Assembly (NCBI RefSeq): GCF_000014785.1
Contig: NC_008340.1
Location: 3,030,001 to 3,062,000, forward strand
DNA length: 32,000 nt
Direction: 5' to 3'
Origin: Alkalilimnicola ehrlichii MLHE-1
Lineage (GTDB): Bacteria > Pseudomonadota > Gammaproteobacteria > Nitrococcales > Halorhodospiraceae
Shown: piece by piece, positions 7,765 to 15,706 of the stretch
Layout: each line of letters opens with the position of its first letter
Position numbering within the stretch: the first letter of the stretch is position 1
Notes under the pieces: generated by a model
Seen by the model: only the letters and a program-made list of their open reading frames with translations
Database searches by the model: none
Told to the model about the DNA's origin: nothing
Made by a program: the position numbers and the translations under genes

Positions 7765-9360
7765 ATGTCACAGTACAGGAACGACATCGAGGAAGTTGCC
7801 GGCCTGCGCCAGGCGCATGAAGGCACCTGGGACGCGATCAACCCCGAATACGTGGCCCGCATGCGCGCCCAGAACCGGTTCAAGACCGGTCTGGACATCG
7901 CCAAGTACACCGCCAAGATCATGCGCCAGGACATGGCCGAGTACGATGCCGATCCGGCCCAGTACACCCAGTCCTTGGGGTGCTGGCACGGCTTCGTCGG
8001 CCAGCAGAAGATGATCGCCATCAAGCGTCACTTCGGCACCACCAACAAGCGCTACCTCTACCTCTCCGGCTGGATGGTTGCGGCGCTGCGCTCCGAGTTC
8101 GGCCCGCTGCCGGACCAGTCCATGCACGAGAAGACCGCCGTGCCGGCGCTGATCGAGGAACTCTACACCTTCCTCCGCCAGGCCGACGCCCGTGAGATGA
8201 ACCACCTCTTCCGTGAGCTGGATGCGGCCCGCGAGGCCGGCGATGAGGCCAAGGCCAACGAGATTCTCGACAAGATCGAGAACTTCGAGACCCACATCGT
8301 GCCGATCATCGCCGACATCGACGCCGGCTTCGGTAACGAAGAGGCCACCTACCTGCTGGCCAAGAAGATGATCGAGGCGGGTGCCTGCTGCATCCAGATC
8401 GAGAACCAGGTCGCCGACGAGAAGCAGTGCGGCCACCAGGACGGCAAGGTCACCGTGCCCCACGCCGACTTCCTGGCCAAGGTCCGCGCCGTGCGCTATG
8501 CGTTCCTGGAGCTGGGCGTGAACGACGGCGTGATCGTTGCCCGCACCGACTCCCTCGGCGCCGGCCTGACCAAGCAGATCGCCGTCACCGATGAGCCGGG
8601 CGACCTGGGCGACAAGTACAACAGCTTCCTGGACGGCGATTACATCGACAGCGCCGAGGACATCAACAATGGCGATGTGGTGGTCAAGTCCGAAGGCAAG
8701 CTGCTCAAGCCCAAGCGCCTCGCCAGCGGCCTCTACGAGTTCCGCAAGGGCACCGGCTTTGACCGCGTGGTGCTGGACTGCATCACCAGCCTGAAGAACG
8801 GCGCCGACCTGCTGTGGATCGAGACCGAGAAGCCCCACGTCGGCCAGATCGCCGAGATGGTCAACGCCATCCGCGAGGAAGTGCCGAACGCCAAGCTGGT
8901 CTACAACAACAGCCCGTCCTTCAACTGGACGCTGAACTTCCGCCAGCAGGTGTTCGATGCCTGGAAGGAAGAGGGCAAGGACGTCTCCCAGTACGACCGC
9001 GACAACCTGATGAGCGCCGAGTACGACGACAGCGAGCTGGCGGCGGAAGCCGACCGCTGGGTGCAGGAGTTCCAGCGCAAGGCCTCCGCAGAGGCGGGTA
9101 TCTTCCACCACCTGATCACCCTGCCGACCTACCACACGGCCGCCCTGTCCACCGACAACCTGGCCAAGGGCTACTTCGGTGACCTGGGCATGCTGGCCTA
9201 CGTGGATGGCGTGCAGCGTCAGGAGATCCGCCAGGGCGTGCCCACCGTGAAGCACCAGGACATGGCCGGCTCCAACATCGGGGACGACCACAAGGCCTAC
9301 TTCTCCGGTGAGGCCGCGCTCAAGGCCGGCGGGAAGGGCAACACCATGAACCAGTTCTAA
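7765..9360 (+). CDS. aceA: Isocitrate lyase (long, about 530-aa type)
   Basis: 531 aa with the catalytic-loop signature EKQCGHQDGK (K-x-C-G-H) and overall ICL-like sequence comparable in length to Pseudomonas AceA. Confidence 0.93.
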   Translation: MSQYRNDIEEVAGLRQAHEGTWDAINPEYVARMRAQNRFKTGLDIAKYTAKIMRQDMAEYDADPAQYTQSLGCWHGFVGQQKMIAIKRHFGTTNKRYLYLSGWMVAALRSEFGPLPDQSMHEKTAVPALIEELYTFLRQADAREMNHLFRELDAAREAGDEAKANEILDKIENFETHIVPIIADIDAGFGNEEATYLLAKKMIEAGACCIQIENQVADEKQCGHQDGKVTVPHADFLAKVRAVRYAFLELGVNDGVIVARTDSLGAGLTKQIAVTDEPGDLGDKYNSFLDGDYIDSAEDINNGDVVVKSEGKLLKPKRLASGLYEFRKGTGFDRVVLDCITSLKNGADLLWIETEKPHVGQIAEMVNAIREEVPNAKLVYNNSPSFNWTLNFRQQVFDAWKEEGKDVSQYDRDNLMSAEYDDSELAAEADRWVQEFQRKASAEAGIFHHLITLPTYHTAALSTDNLAKGYFGDLGMLAYVDGVQRQEIRQGVPTVKHQDMAGSNIGDDHKAYFSGEAALKAGGKGNTMNQF

Positions 9361-9409
9361 GACTGCGCTTCATGGCCGGTGGTGGCCGATGCCGCCACCG
9401 AGCAGAGCA

Positions 9410-9441
9410 GCGGGGCCGCCCAGCGCGGTCCCGCTTTTTTT
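9410..9441 (+). terminator. Rho-independent terminator after aceA
   Basis: GCGGGGCC (9410-9417) / GGTCCCGC (9427-9434) stem with one mismatch, followed by T7 (9435-9441). A second strong hairpin lies at 9377-9400 (10-bp stem including one G-U, loop CGAT). Confidence 0.7.
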
Positions 9442-9468
9442 GTGCCTCACGGGTCCCGGCCGCACCAC

Positions 9469-12400
9469 TCAGGCCGTGCCCCCCTGCCGTTGCCAGGCCG
9501 AAAGCCACTCCAGCAGTGACCCTGCTGGCATCGGGCGCCCGATCCCGTATCCCTGGGCCTGCTCGCAGCCCAACTCCAACAACCGCTCACCCTGCTCCGG
9601 TGTCTCCACGCCCTCGGCGATGAGCTGAAGGTCAAAGACCTGGGTCAGGCGCACGATGCCCTCAAGCAGGGCCAGGTCGTCGGCATCCTCGAGCATATCC
9701 CGCACAAAACTGCGATCGATCTTCACGATGCGCACCGGGATCCGCTTGAGATACGAAAGCGAGGCGTAGCCAGTGCCGAAGTCATCCAATGAGAAATCCA
9801 CACCCAGCGCTGCGCACCCCTGAATGACCCGGGAGACATGGTCCAGGCTGGCCAGTGCGCTGGACTCAAGGATCTCCAACTCCAGGCTGTTCCGCGGCAG
9901 GCCGGGGTGGCGCGCCAACAACTCACGGATCTGATCCACGAAATCGGCCTGCTGCAAATGCAGGGCCGGCACATTGACGCTGACCGGCAGGTGGACCCCC
10001 TGCTCGCTCCAGGTCTCGACCTGCTCCAAGGCCCGGGCCATAACCCATCGACTGACCGCCACCTCCAGGGGTTGTCCGTTCAGGTCGTCCAGGAAGGCAG
10101 CCGGGGGCAGCAGCCCGCGCTCCGGATGCTGCCAGCGGATCAGCGCCTCCGCGCCCACCACCTCCCGGGTCCGCAGGTTCACCTTGGGCTGGTAGTGAAG
10201 CACGAACTCACCCCTCGCCAGGGCAAGCTCCAGGCGCGTAAGGCTCTCGTGCTGATCGCGCAATTGGCGGTCGCCGGCAACATCGAAGACATGGTGGCGA
10301 TTCTTGCCCTGCAACTTGGCCTGATACATGGCCTGATCCGCCTGGCGCAGCAGTTGCTCGGCATCCACCTCCTCGTCCTGGGGATAATGCGCCACACCTA
10401 TGCTGGCGGAGGTCTGCAGCGCAACGCCCTCAATCGTTATCGGGCGGGCGACTGCGTCCAGCACTCGGGCCGCCATCCGGTGGCATTCGGCGACACTGCC
10501 CAGATTGACGAAGACCATCGCAAACTCATCCCCGCTCAGGCGCGAGGCGGTGTCCCCTTCCCGACGCGCCGCACTGAGACGGCTCGCAAGCTCCAGCAAC
10601 ACCTGATCCCCCACCCGGTGGCCATGCACGTCATTGATGGTCTTGAAATCATCCAGGTCCACGTAGGCGACACAGACCCGACGCTGCTCCCGCTGAGCCA
10701 GCTGCATGGCCTTGCGCAGACGGTCAAGCAACAGCACGCGGTTGGGCAGCTCGGTGAGCGGGTCGTAATGGGTCAGAAACTCCAGCTTCCGCTGGTAGGC
10801 CTTCATATCGGTGATGTCCGACAACAGCCCCACGTAATTGATCAGGCGACCGGACTCATCGCGCACGGCGCTGATGGTGATCAACTGGAGATAGAGCTCT
10901 CCGCTCTTGCGCCGGTTCCAGAGCTCGCCCTGCCAATGATCGTGCTCATCCAGGACGCGCCAAAGCTCCTGGAAAAACTCCGGCCCGTGCCGCCCCGATG
11001 CCAGCAGCTTGGGGTCGCGGCCCTCGACCTCATCCTGGTGGTAGCCGGTGATGCGGGTGAAAGCCTGGTTCACCATCAGGATGCGGGCCTGGGGATCAGT
11101 AATGAGGATCCCCTCGTTAGCACTGGTGAACACGCTGGCTGCCAGCTTCAACCGTGCCCTCGCCCGCCTGCGCTCGGTGATGTCGCGAAACAGGGTGACC
11201 GATCCAGCCCAATGCCCCCCCTGGTAGAGCGGGCGGCTGGAGACTTCCACCGGGATCTCGCTGCCGTCCCGCCGGCGGAACGTCTCCTCACCTTCAAAAT
11301 AGCGGCCGGCCGCCACGCGCCGTTCGAGCGGACACTGCCCCGACCCCGCCAGGCCATCGTCGTCGTGTTGGTGAAACAGGGCGTGAGCGCGCCGCCCAAG
11401 GACGTCCTCCTCGCGGTAACCCAGCAGGTCCCTGCCGACGGGATTGATAAAGGTGAGCCGGCCCTTCTTGTCCTGGGCGTACAGACCATCGGCCATCGTG
11501 TCGGTGATCGCCTGCTGGTACGCCCGCTCGCCACGCAGCACCTCGCGCGAGTGCAACACCCGCAGCAACAGCATCAGCACCGCGCCCAGCAACAGCGTTG
11601 CCACCAGCGCGGCCCGTATGAAATCCCACCGAAACATCCGGGAAAAAGGATCCGGCGCAAATGACACCACGTAGGCCACCAGCTCGCCGGCGGGGTCGTG
11701 GATGGGCAGCAGGACAGCGGCCCAGGTCTGTCCGGCAAAATCCAACGGGACAACGTCCGCTGCGCCGGCATCAATGGTGGCCCTTACGCCCCGCATGCCG
11801 CCCAGCTTGTCGCTGATGGCGAGCACCTCTGCGGACGGTGGCGGTGGCGAATCGGGTAGCCGCAACCCGGCGTCCTCCACCACGAACCCCGGATGCAGAG
11901 GAGCGGGCTCGTAGAGTGCCAGGAACCCCGGCGGAACCCTCTCCTCGACCCTCTCGCGGCGCAGCATGAGTTGAAACTCATGCCCCTGATCCAACCGATC
12001 CATCATCTCCCGCACGTAGCGGAAGGGGATACTGAACTCCACGCTGCCGAGAAACTCATCGCCGTCGAACAGCGGGTAGACATACCGGAAGCCGGAGAGC
12101 GAGCGGCCGGTCTCGAAGCCCGATGCAGGCCGACGGGTCTGGTGGACCTGGCGCACCAATGGCCGGGTGGTCAGCAGATCGTCACCGTAATACTCCGGTG
12201 CGAAGAACCGCAGAAAGCTCCTGCCGTCCGCGGTGTGCAGGTGCAGCTCGCGCAGTTCCCCGTCATGCAGCCGCTGATACGTGGGCCAGAGCGCCCGGTA
12301 GAGACGTCCCCGAACCACGGCCTGCGCCTGGGCGTCGGAGGTCTCTTGTCCGACACGCATCAGGTCCAGCACTTCGGGGCGCGCCACCGCCTCGTCGAGA

Positions 12401-12579
12401 TAGGCCTGCGCTGCCAACTGAAAGGTGTTCACCGTGGACTGGTAGGCAATCTCGAGCGCGCCCTGCTGGCGCTCGTGGTGCAACTCGACCTTATCCTGCC
12501 AGTTACCGTAAAGGGCCAGCAGGACCAGCCCCCAGACCATGACAGAGCCGCCCCAGACCAGACGCCGGTTAATCCTCAT
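9469..12579 (-). CDS. Membrane sensor with periplasmic Cache-like domain, two PAS domains, GGDEF (SGDEF) and EAL domains; 1036 aa
   Basis: N-terminal anchor MRINRRLVWGGSVMVWGLVLLAL, then an approximately 320-aa periplasmic segment (LHLHTADGRSFLRFF..GDDL..) and a second TM. Two PAS-like blocks follow. The GGDEF domain reads RLSGDEF with REGD five residues upstream (I-site RxxD). The EAL domain has EALIRW and DDFGTGYASLSYLKRIPV..KIDRSFV. Start chosen at ATG 12579 (M37 of the track ORF). Confidence 0.88.
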   Translation of the reverse strand: MRINRRLVWGGSVMVWGLVLLALYGNWQDKVELHHERQQGALEIAYQSTVNTFQLAAQAYLDEAVARPEVLDLMRVGQETSDAQAQAVVRGRLYRALWPTYQRLHDGELRELHLHTADGRSFLRFFAPEYYGDDLLTTRPLVRQVHQTRRPASGFETGRSLSGFRYVYPLFDGDEFLGSVEFSIPFRYVREMMDRLDQGHEFQLMLRRERVEERVPPGFLALYEPAPLHPGFVVEDAGLRLPDSPPPPSAEVLAISDKLGGMRGVRATIDAGAADVVPLDFAGQTWAAVLLPIHDPAGELVAYVVSFAPDPFSRMFRWDFIRAALVATLLLGAVLMLLLRVLHSREVLRGERAYQQAITDTMADGLYAQDKKGRLTFINPVGRDLLGYREEDVLGRRAHALFHQHDDDGLAGSGQCPLERRVAAGRYFEGEETFRRRDGSEIPVEVSSRPLYQGGHWAGSVTLFRDITERRRARARLKLAASVFTSANEGILITDPQARILMVNQAFTRITGYHQDEVEGRDPKLLASGRHGPEFFQELWRVLDEHDHWQGELWNRRKSGELYLQLITISAVRDESGRLINYVGLLSDITDMKAYQRKLEFLTHYDPLTELPNRVLLLDRLRKAMQLAQREQRRVCVAYVDLDDFKTINDVHGHRVGDQVLLELASRLSAARREGDTASRLSGDEFAMVFVNLGSVAECHRMAARVLDAVARPITIEGVALQTSASIGVAHYPQDEEVDAEQLLRQADQAMYQAKLQGKNRHHVFDVAGDRQLRDQHESLTRLELALARGEFVLHYQPKVNLRTREVVGAEALIRWQHPERGLLPPAAFLDDLNGQPLEVAVSRWVMARALEQVETWSEQGVHLPVSVNVPALHLQQADFVDQIRELLARHPGLPRNSLELEILESSALASLDHVSRVIQGCAALGVDFSLDDFGTGYASLSYLKRIPVRIVKIDRSFVRDMLEDADDLALLEGIVRLTQVFDLQLIAEGVETPEQGERLLELGCEQAQGYGIGRPMPAGSLLEWLSAWQRQGGTA

Positions 12580-13492
12580 GCTGGCTTCGGTTACCCCCCA
12601 CACCGCCAAGGCCCCAGTCCTCACGCCCCTGCCCCGGGATCGGCACCTCGTCCCGCAGGCGGCGCACCGGCTCGTAATCCTCATCACTCACGGTCTCCAC
12701 CCCGTGGCGCAGCGGCTCACCCCATTCCGTCACCAGCTCGGCGTCCTCGGGCCGCTCACCGGGGTGCACTGACATCAGTGCCCCTCGCAACCCGGCTTGC
12801 AGTTCCGGCGTCACCGTCCTGGCGTTGGCCACCAATGCAAAACCGGGCAGTGGCCCGGTCTCGGCCACCCGCACCAAGCCCAGGTGTTCGTAGCGCCGGG
12901 CGATGTGGGTCTTCATCCCGCCGGCCTGGTAATCGCCCCGAACCACCGCCAGCGCCACCTCATCGTGGCGCCCCAGGTAATCATAACGGGTGTGCTCCAG
13001 GCGGACGCCGGCCGGGCGCAGCAGCGCCTTTACGGCCAGATAGCCACAGGTGGAGAGCGGCTGGGTGAGCGCCACTGATTGCCCGGCCAGCGCACCAAGC
13101 GGCTGCCGGTCGTCGGCAAACATGACCACAGAACAGGTGTAGTGCGCCTGCCCATCCGGTTCGCGGAACACCACTAGCGGCTCAACCGCGTCATCACGGT
13201 CCCGCAACTCCACATAGGGCAGCGGCCCGAGGTAGGCCAGGTCCACCTCACCGGACCGGAATTTCTCAAGGATCTCGCCATAATCGGTGCTGTAGTCGAT
13301 CTCGAATCGCACCCCCAGCCGCGCCTCCAGGAACGCGAGCAGGGGCCTGAACTCGCGCACCACCGCCTCGGCATCCTGCATGGGTAACGGAGCGAAGCGC
13401 AGCACCTGCATCTGCGCCTGCGCAGGGCCGGCGAGGATAAGCCAGGCCAAACCGACCACCGCGACGCGCCTTATAAACCTAACTAGTAACAT
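12569..13492 (-). CDS. PhnD-like (phosphonate/phosphite-type) periplasmic substrate-binding protein, 307 aa
   Basis: Signal peptide MLLVRFIRRVAVVGLAWLILAGPAQA|Q. The mature part resembles the Phosphonate-bd SBP fold family (LRFAPLP...YSTDYGEILEKFRSGEVDLAYLGPLPYV). Confidence 0.75.
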   Translation of the reverse strand: MLLVRFIRRVAVVGLAWLILAGPAQAQMQVLRFAPLPMQDAEAVVREFRPLLAFLEARLGVRFEIDYSTDYGEILEKFRSGEVDLAYLGPLPYVELRDRDDAVEPLVVFREPDGQAHYTCSVVMFADDRQPLGALAGQSVALTQPLSTCGYLAVKALLRPAGVRLEHTRYDYLGRHDEVALAVVRGDYQAGGMKTHIARRYEHLGLVRVAETGPLPGFALVANARTVTPELQAGLRGALMSVHPGERPEDAELVTEWGEPLRHGVETVSDEDYEPVRRLRDEVPIPGQGREDWGLGGVGGNRSQHED

Positions 13493-13583
13493 GGGAGCAA
13501 GCCTAACAGGGGGACCATGCAGGCGACAGGCTTACCGCGTCACCCTCGGTCGCGATTGACCGGGGCGGCCTGACCCAGCGGCA

Positions 13584-14120
13584 TCACGAGTTGGCACCGT
13601 CGGGGCGGTGGCCCGGGCGACGGCCGAAAAGCGCCGGCAGGGCGCATGCGGAGCGCAGGGTCAACTCACCCAACAGGGCGGCGAGCACGCCCAGGGCGGC
13701 GCCGAAGCCAATGGCAACAGGACTGAGCCGGATCACATAGGCATAGGCCGTCCAGGTCTGTTCGCGCACATCGGCCACCGGCGCGACCAACGCCTGCCAA
13801 TAGGCTTGCAGCGGACTGGACTGGTAGGCGGCCAACGCCTCGGCCAGCGCCCGGTGACGATCGTAAAGGCTCTGGAGGCTGGCGCCGCCATCATGAAAGA
13901 CCGGGTCGCTACTGCGCCGGTAATGTTCGATCAGGCGCGCCATGTCGCCCTCGAAATAGCGCTCGGCGTCCTGCTGGAAGGCGGCCAGGCTGCGCCCGGA
14001 CTCCGCATGGCGGGCCTGCAGGCTCTGTCCGTACTGATCCACGAAGCCGGGGACCTGCACCCCGATGAGGGCGGCGGAGAAAAACAGCAACAGGCGAAGG
14101 TAGTTGGCGAACAGGCTCAT
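13584..14120 (-). CDS. DUF2937-family membrane protein (178 aa)
   Basis: MSLFANYLRLLLFFSAALIGVQVPGFVDQYGQ matches my recollection of the DUF2937 N-terminus (..YLRL..F..G.L.GIQVPGFVDQY..). Start taken at ATG 14120. The longer TTG 14225 start would abut the tRNA. Confidence 0.65.
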   Translation of the reverse strand: MSLFANYLRLLLFFSAALIGVQVPGFVDQYGQSLQARHAESGRSLAAFQQDAERYFEGDMARLIEHYRRSSDPVFHDGGASLQSLYDRHRALAEALAAYQSSPLQAYWQALVAPVADVREQTWTAYAYVIRLSPVAIGFGAALGVLAALLGELTLRSACALPALFGRRPGHRPDGANS

Positions 14121-14230
14121 GGCGGCGTATCGGAGTTGACCGGTCGCGACGGCGACCCCGGCTCCCAGCATACCACCGACCGGAAGCAAAGAACCCGGCC
14201 GAAGCCGGGTTCTTTGCGGAGACAAAAGAC

Positions 14231-14307
<77 letters not shown>

Positions 14308-14405
14308 GTGAGAGGCAGATTGTAAACGCCAACGCGCCACGAGTCCATGCCCAGGTCGTTCATGCGTATCCGCTCGTCAATTGAAAGGACTCAAGAAACC
14401 ACGCC

Positions 14406-15569
14406 ATGATTGACAGCGACTCGGGGCCAGGGACAGTCGCTCACAAGTGTACGCTATCCACCATGAACTCATCACGGCACGTCACGTATTTCCGCCAGCT
14501 CGGCATGCTCCAACTGGACAGCCGGATCGTCATGCCCTCCCTGCTGCGGTCAGTCCGGCGTATGGTGGAGGCGGATTTCCTGTTCTTTTTCTGGACGAAC
14601 GAGAAGGGTGCTGTACTCGCTGAGTACGAGGATCCCCCAAGCCCGGAGGGCGTCCGCGAGCGCTATTTCGCGAAGTTTCACGACGTCGAACAACCGGGTC
14701 TGCCGCCTTTTTCGACAGCCGCCCGCTTTGGCCCCGAGCTGAGCGTGGTGCCCGACCTCCCGCAACGAGTCCGGCGGCGTTCGGCATTCTGGAACGAGAT
14801 CCTGAACCCTCTGGGAAGCCGCTATCAGTTGGTCATGGTCCTGCGGGAAGGCACACACCCTGAAGGGGTCTTGGTCATGCACCGCTCCGCGCTTACCGGG
14901 CCGTTTTCGCACCAGGAAGCACAGGTGTTACGGGAGATTAGGCCCTATATCACCCAAGGCCTCGGCCACACCCCCCCTTGCCCCGCCACGGGAACGCTTG
15001 GCGCCCCGGCCGGCGGTGACGGGGCAACCCGCATGGTGGAGAACGAGGAAGGCCTTCTGATCCTGGATCGATGGGGCCGATTGCTGAGCCGCTGCGCCAC
15101 GAGCGGTCTGCTGCTCCAGATGATGCAAGGCGCCCGCCTCCCGCAGGCCCGACTACCGGAACAGCTTCCCTCCCCGGTGACCACCATTCACCGGAAGCTG
15201 CTCGATGCAGAAGTGGGGGGAACGCCCTTCCCCCCACTGGTCGTCGTGTCAGCCTGGGGCCGCTTCAGACTGCGTGCGTGCTGGCTGGACGGCGCCGACG
15301 GCGTGCGGGTCGGCATCACCATCCGGCGCGAAATCCCGTTGCGCCTGCGCCTGTGGGAGAGGCTTTACGGCCAGCCGCTCTCCGCCCGGCAGGGCGAGTT
15401 ATGCCTGTGGCTTGCGGACGACCTTTCCTACGCCGAGATCGCCGAGCGCATGGGCATCAGCCGGCACACCGTCGTGGAATACACCCAGACGATCTACCGC
15501 AAACTGGGCGTCTCAGGGAAGGAGGCACTGATCGAAAGGCTGCTGCATCCCCCGCCGACACCCGGCTGA
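14406..15569 (+). CDS. LuxR/GerE-family HTH transcriptional regulator with a large unrecognised N-terminal region (387 aa)
   Basis: C-terminal LSARQGELCLWLADDLSYAEIAERMGISRHTVVEYTQTIYRKLGVSGKEALIERLL is a canonical LuxR-type HTH. No receiver Asp pocket or obvious AHL-binding motif was seen. The start is uncertain (ATG 14406, 14463 or 14505; none has a good SD). Confidence 0.8.
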   Translation: MIDSDSGPGTVAHKCTLSTMNSSRHVTYFRQLGMLQLDSRIVMPSLLRSVRRMVEADFLFFFWTNEKGAVLAEYEDPPSPEGVRERYFAKFHDVEQPGLPPFSTAARFGPELSVVPDLPQRVRRRSAFWNEILNPLGSRYQLVMVLREGTHPEGVLVMHRSALTGPFSHQEAQVLREIRPYITQGLGHTPPCPATGTLGAPAGGDGATRMVENEEGLLILDRWGRLLSRCATSGLLLQMMQGARLPQARLPEQLPSPVTTIHRKLLDAEVGGTPFPPLVVVSAWGRFRLRACWLDGADGVRVGITIRREIPLRLRLWERLYGQPLSARQGELCLWLADDLSYAEIAERMGISRHTVVEYTQTIYRKLGVSGKEALIERLLHPPPTPG

Positions 15570-15606
15570 CCGGCGCCGACCATTACCTCCCCGCTTCCCG
15601 CCAAAA

Positions 15607-15624
15607 CCCCCTATGCGTAGGGGG
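15607..15624 (+). terminator. Hairpin downstream of the LuxR-type gene (weak terminator candidate)
   Basis: CCCCCTA / TAGGGGG 7-bp stem with loop TGCG, 38 nt after the stop codon. No T-tract. Confidence 0.3.
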
Positions 15625-15640
15625 ATCGGACTCTTCGTGG

Positions 15641-15670
15641 TTAAATTACACTGCTCCTAGTGTGATAAAT
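15641..15670 (+). promoter_or_regulatory. Candidate promoter with embedded palindrome upstream of RCC1 lipoprotein 1
   Basis: AT-rich patch in a GC-rich context: TTAAAT (15641-15646), 18 nt, then ATAAAT (15665-15670). The inverted repeat ACACT-N6-AGTGT (15648-15663) sits between the two hexamers. Confidence 0.25.
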
Positions 15671-15706
15671 CCGATCCCGGATGATGCAAACGCTGAGGAG
15701 CTCACC

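Noticed and set aside
7768-9291. 507-aa minus-strand ORF opposite aceA; similar cases at 9838-11664(+), 24963-27017(-) and 26858-28009(-)
   Set aside because: These are typical high-GC antisense open frames with low-complexity Gly/Ala/Val/His/Gln-rich translations. The opposite strand encodes strongly recognisable proteins (AceA, the GGDEF/EAL sensor, AsmA, MutY).
14121-14225. Longer TTG 14225 start for the DUF2937 gene
   Set aside because: It would place the start 5 nt from the tRNA-Arg 3' end and add a non-conserved Gly/Ala/Arg-rich extension. The family-like N-terminus begins at ATG 14120.
15071-15706. 636-nt upstream extension of the RCC1 ORF (1033-aa version in the track)
   Set aside because: The extension overlaps the LuxR-type gene in another frame and translates to Arg/Pro/Ala-rich junk. 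The SD plus lipoprotein signal peptide at ATG 15707 define the real start, and the paralog starts at the homologous ATG.
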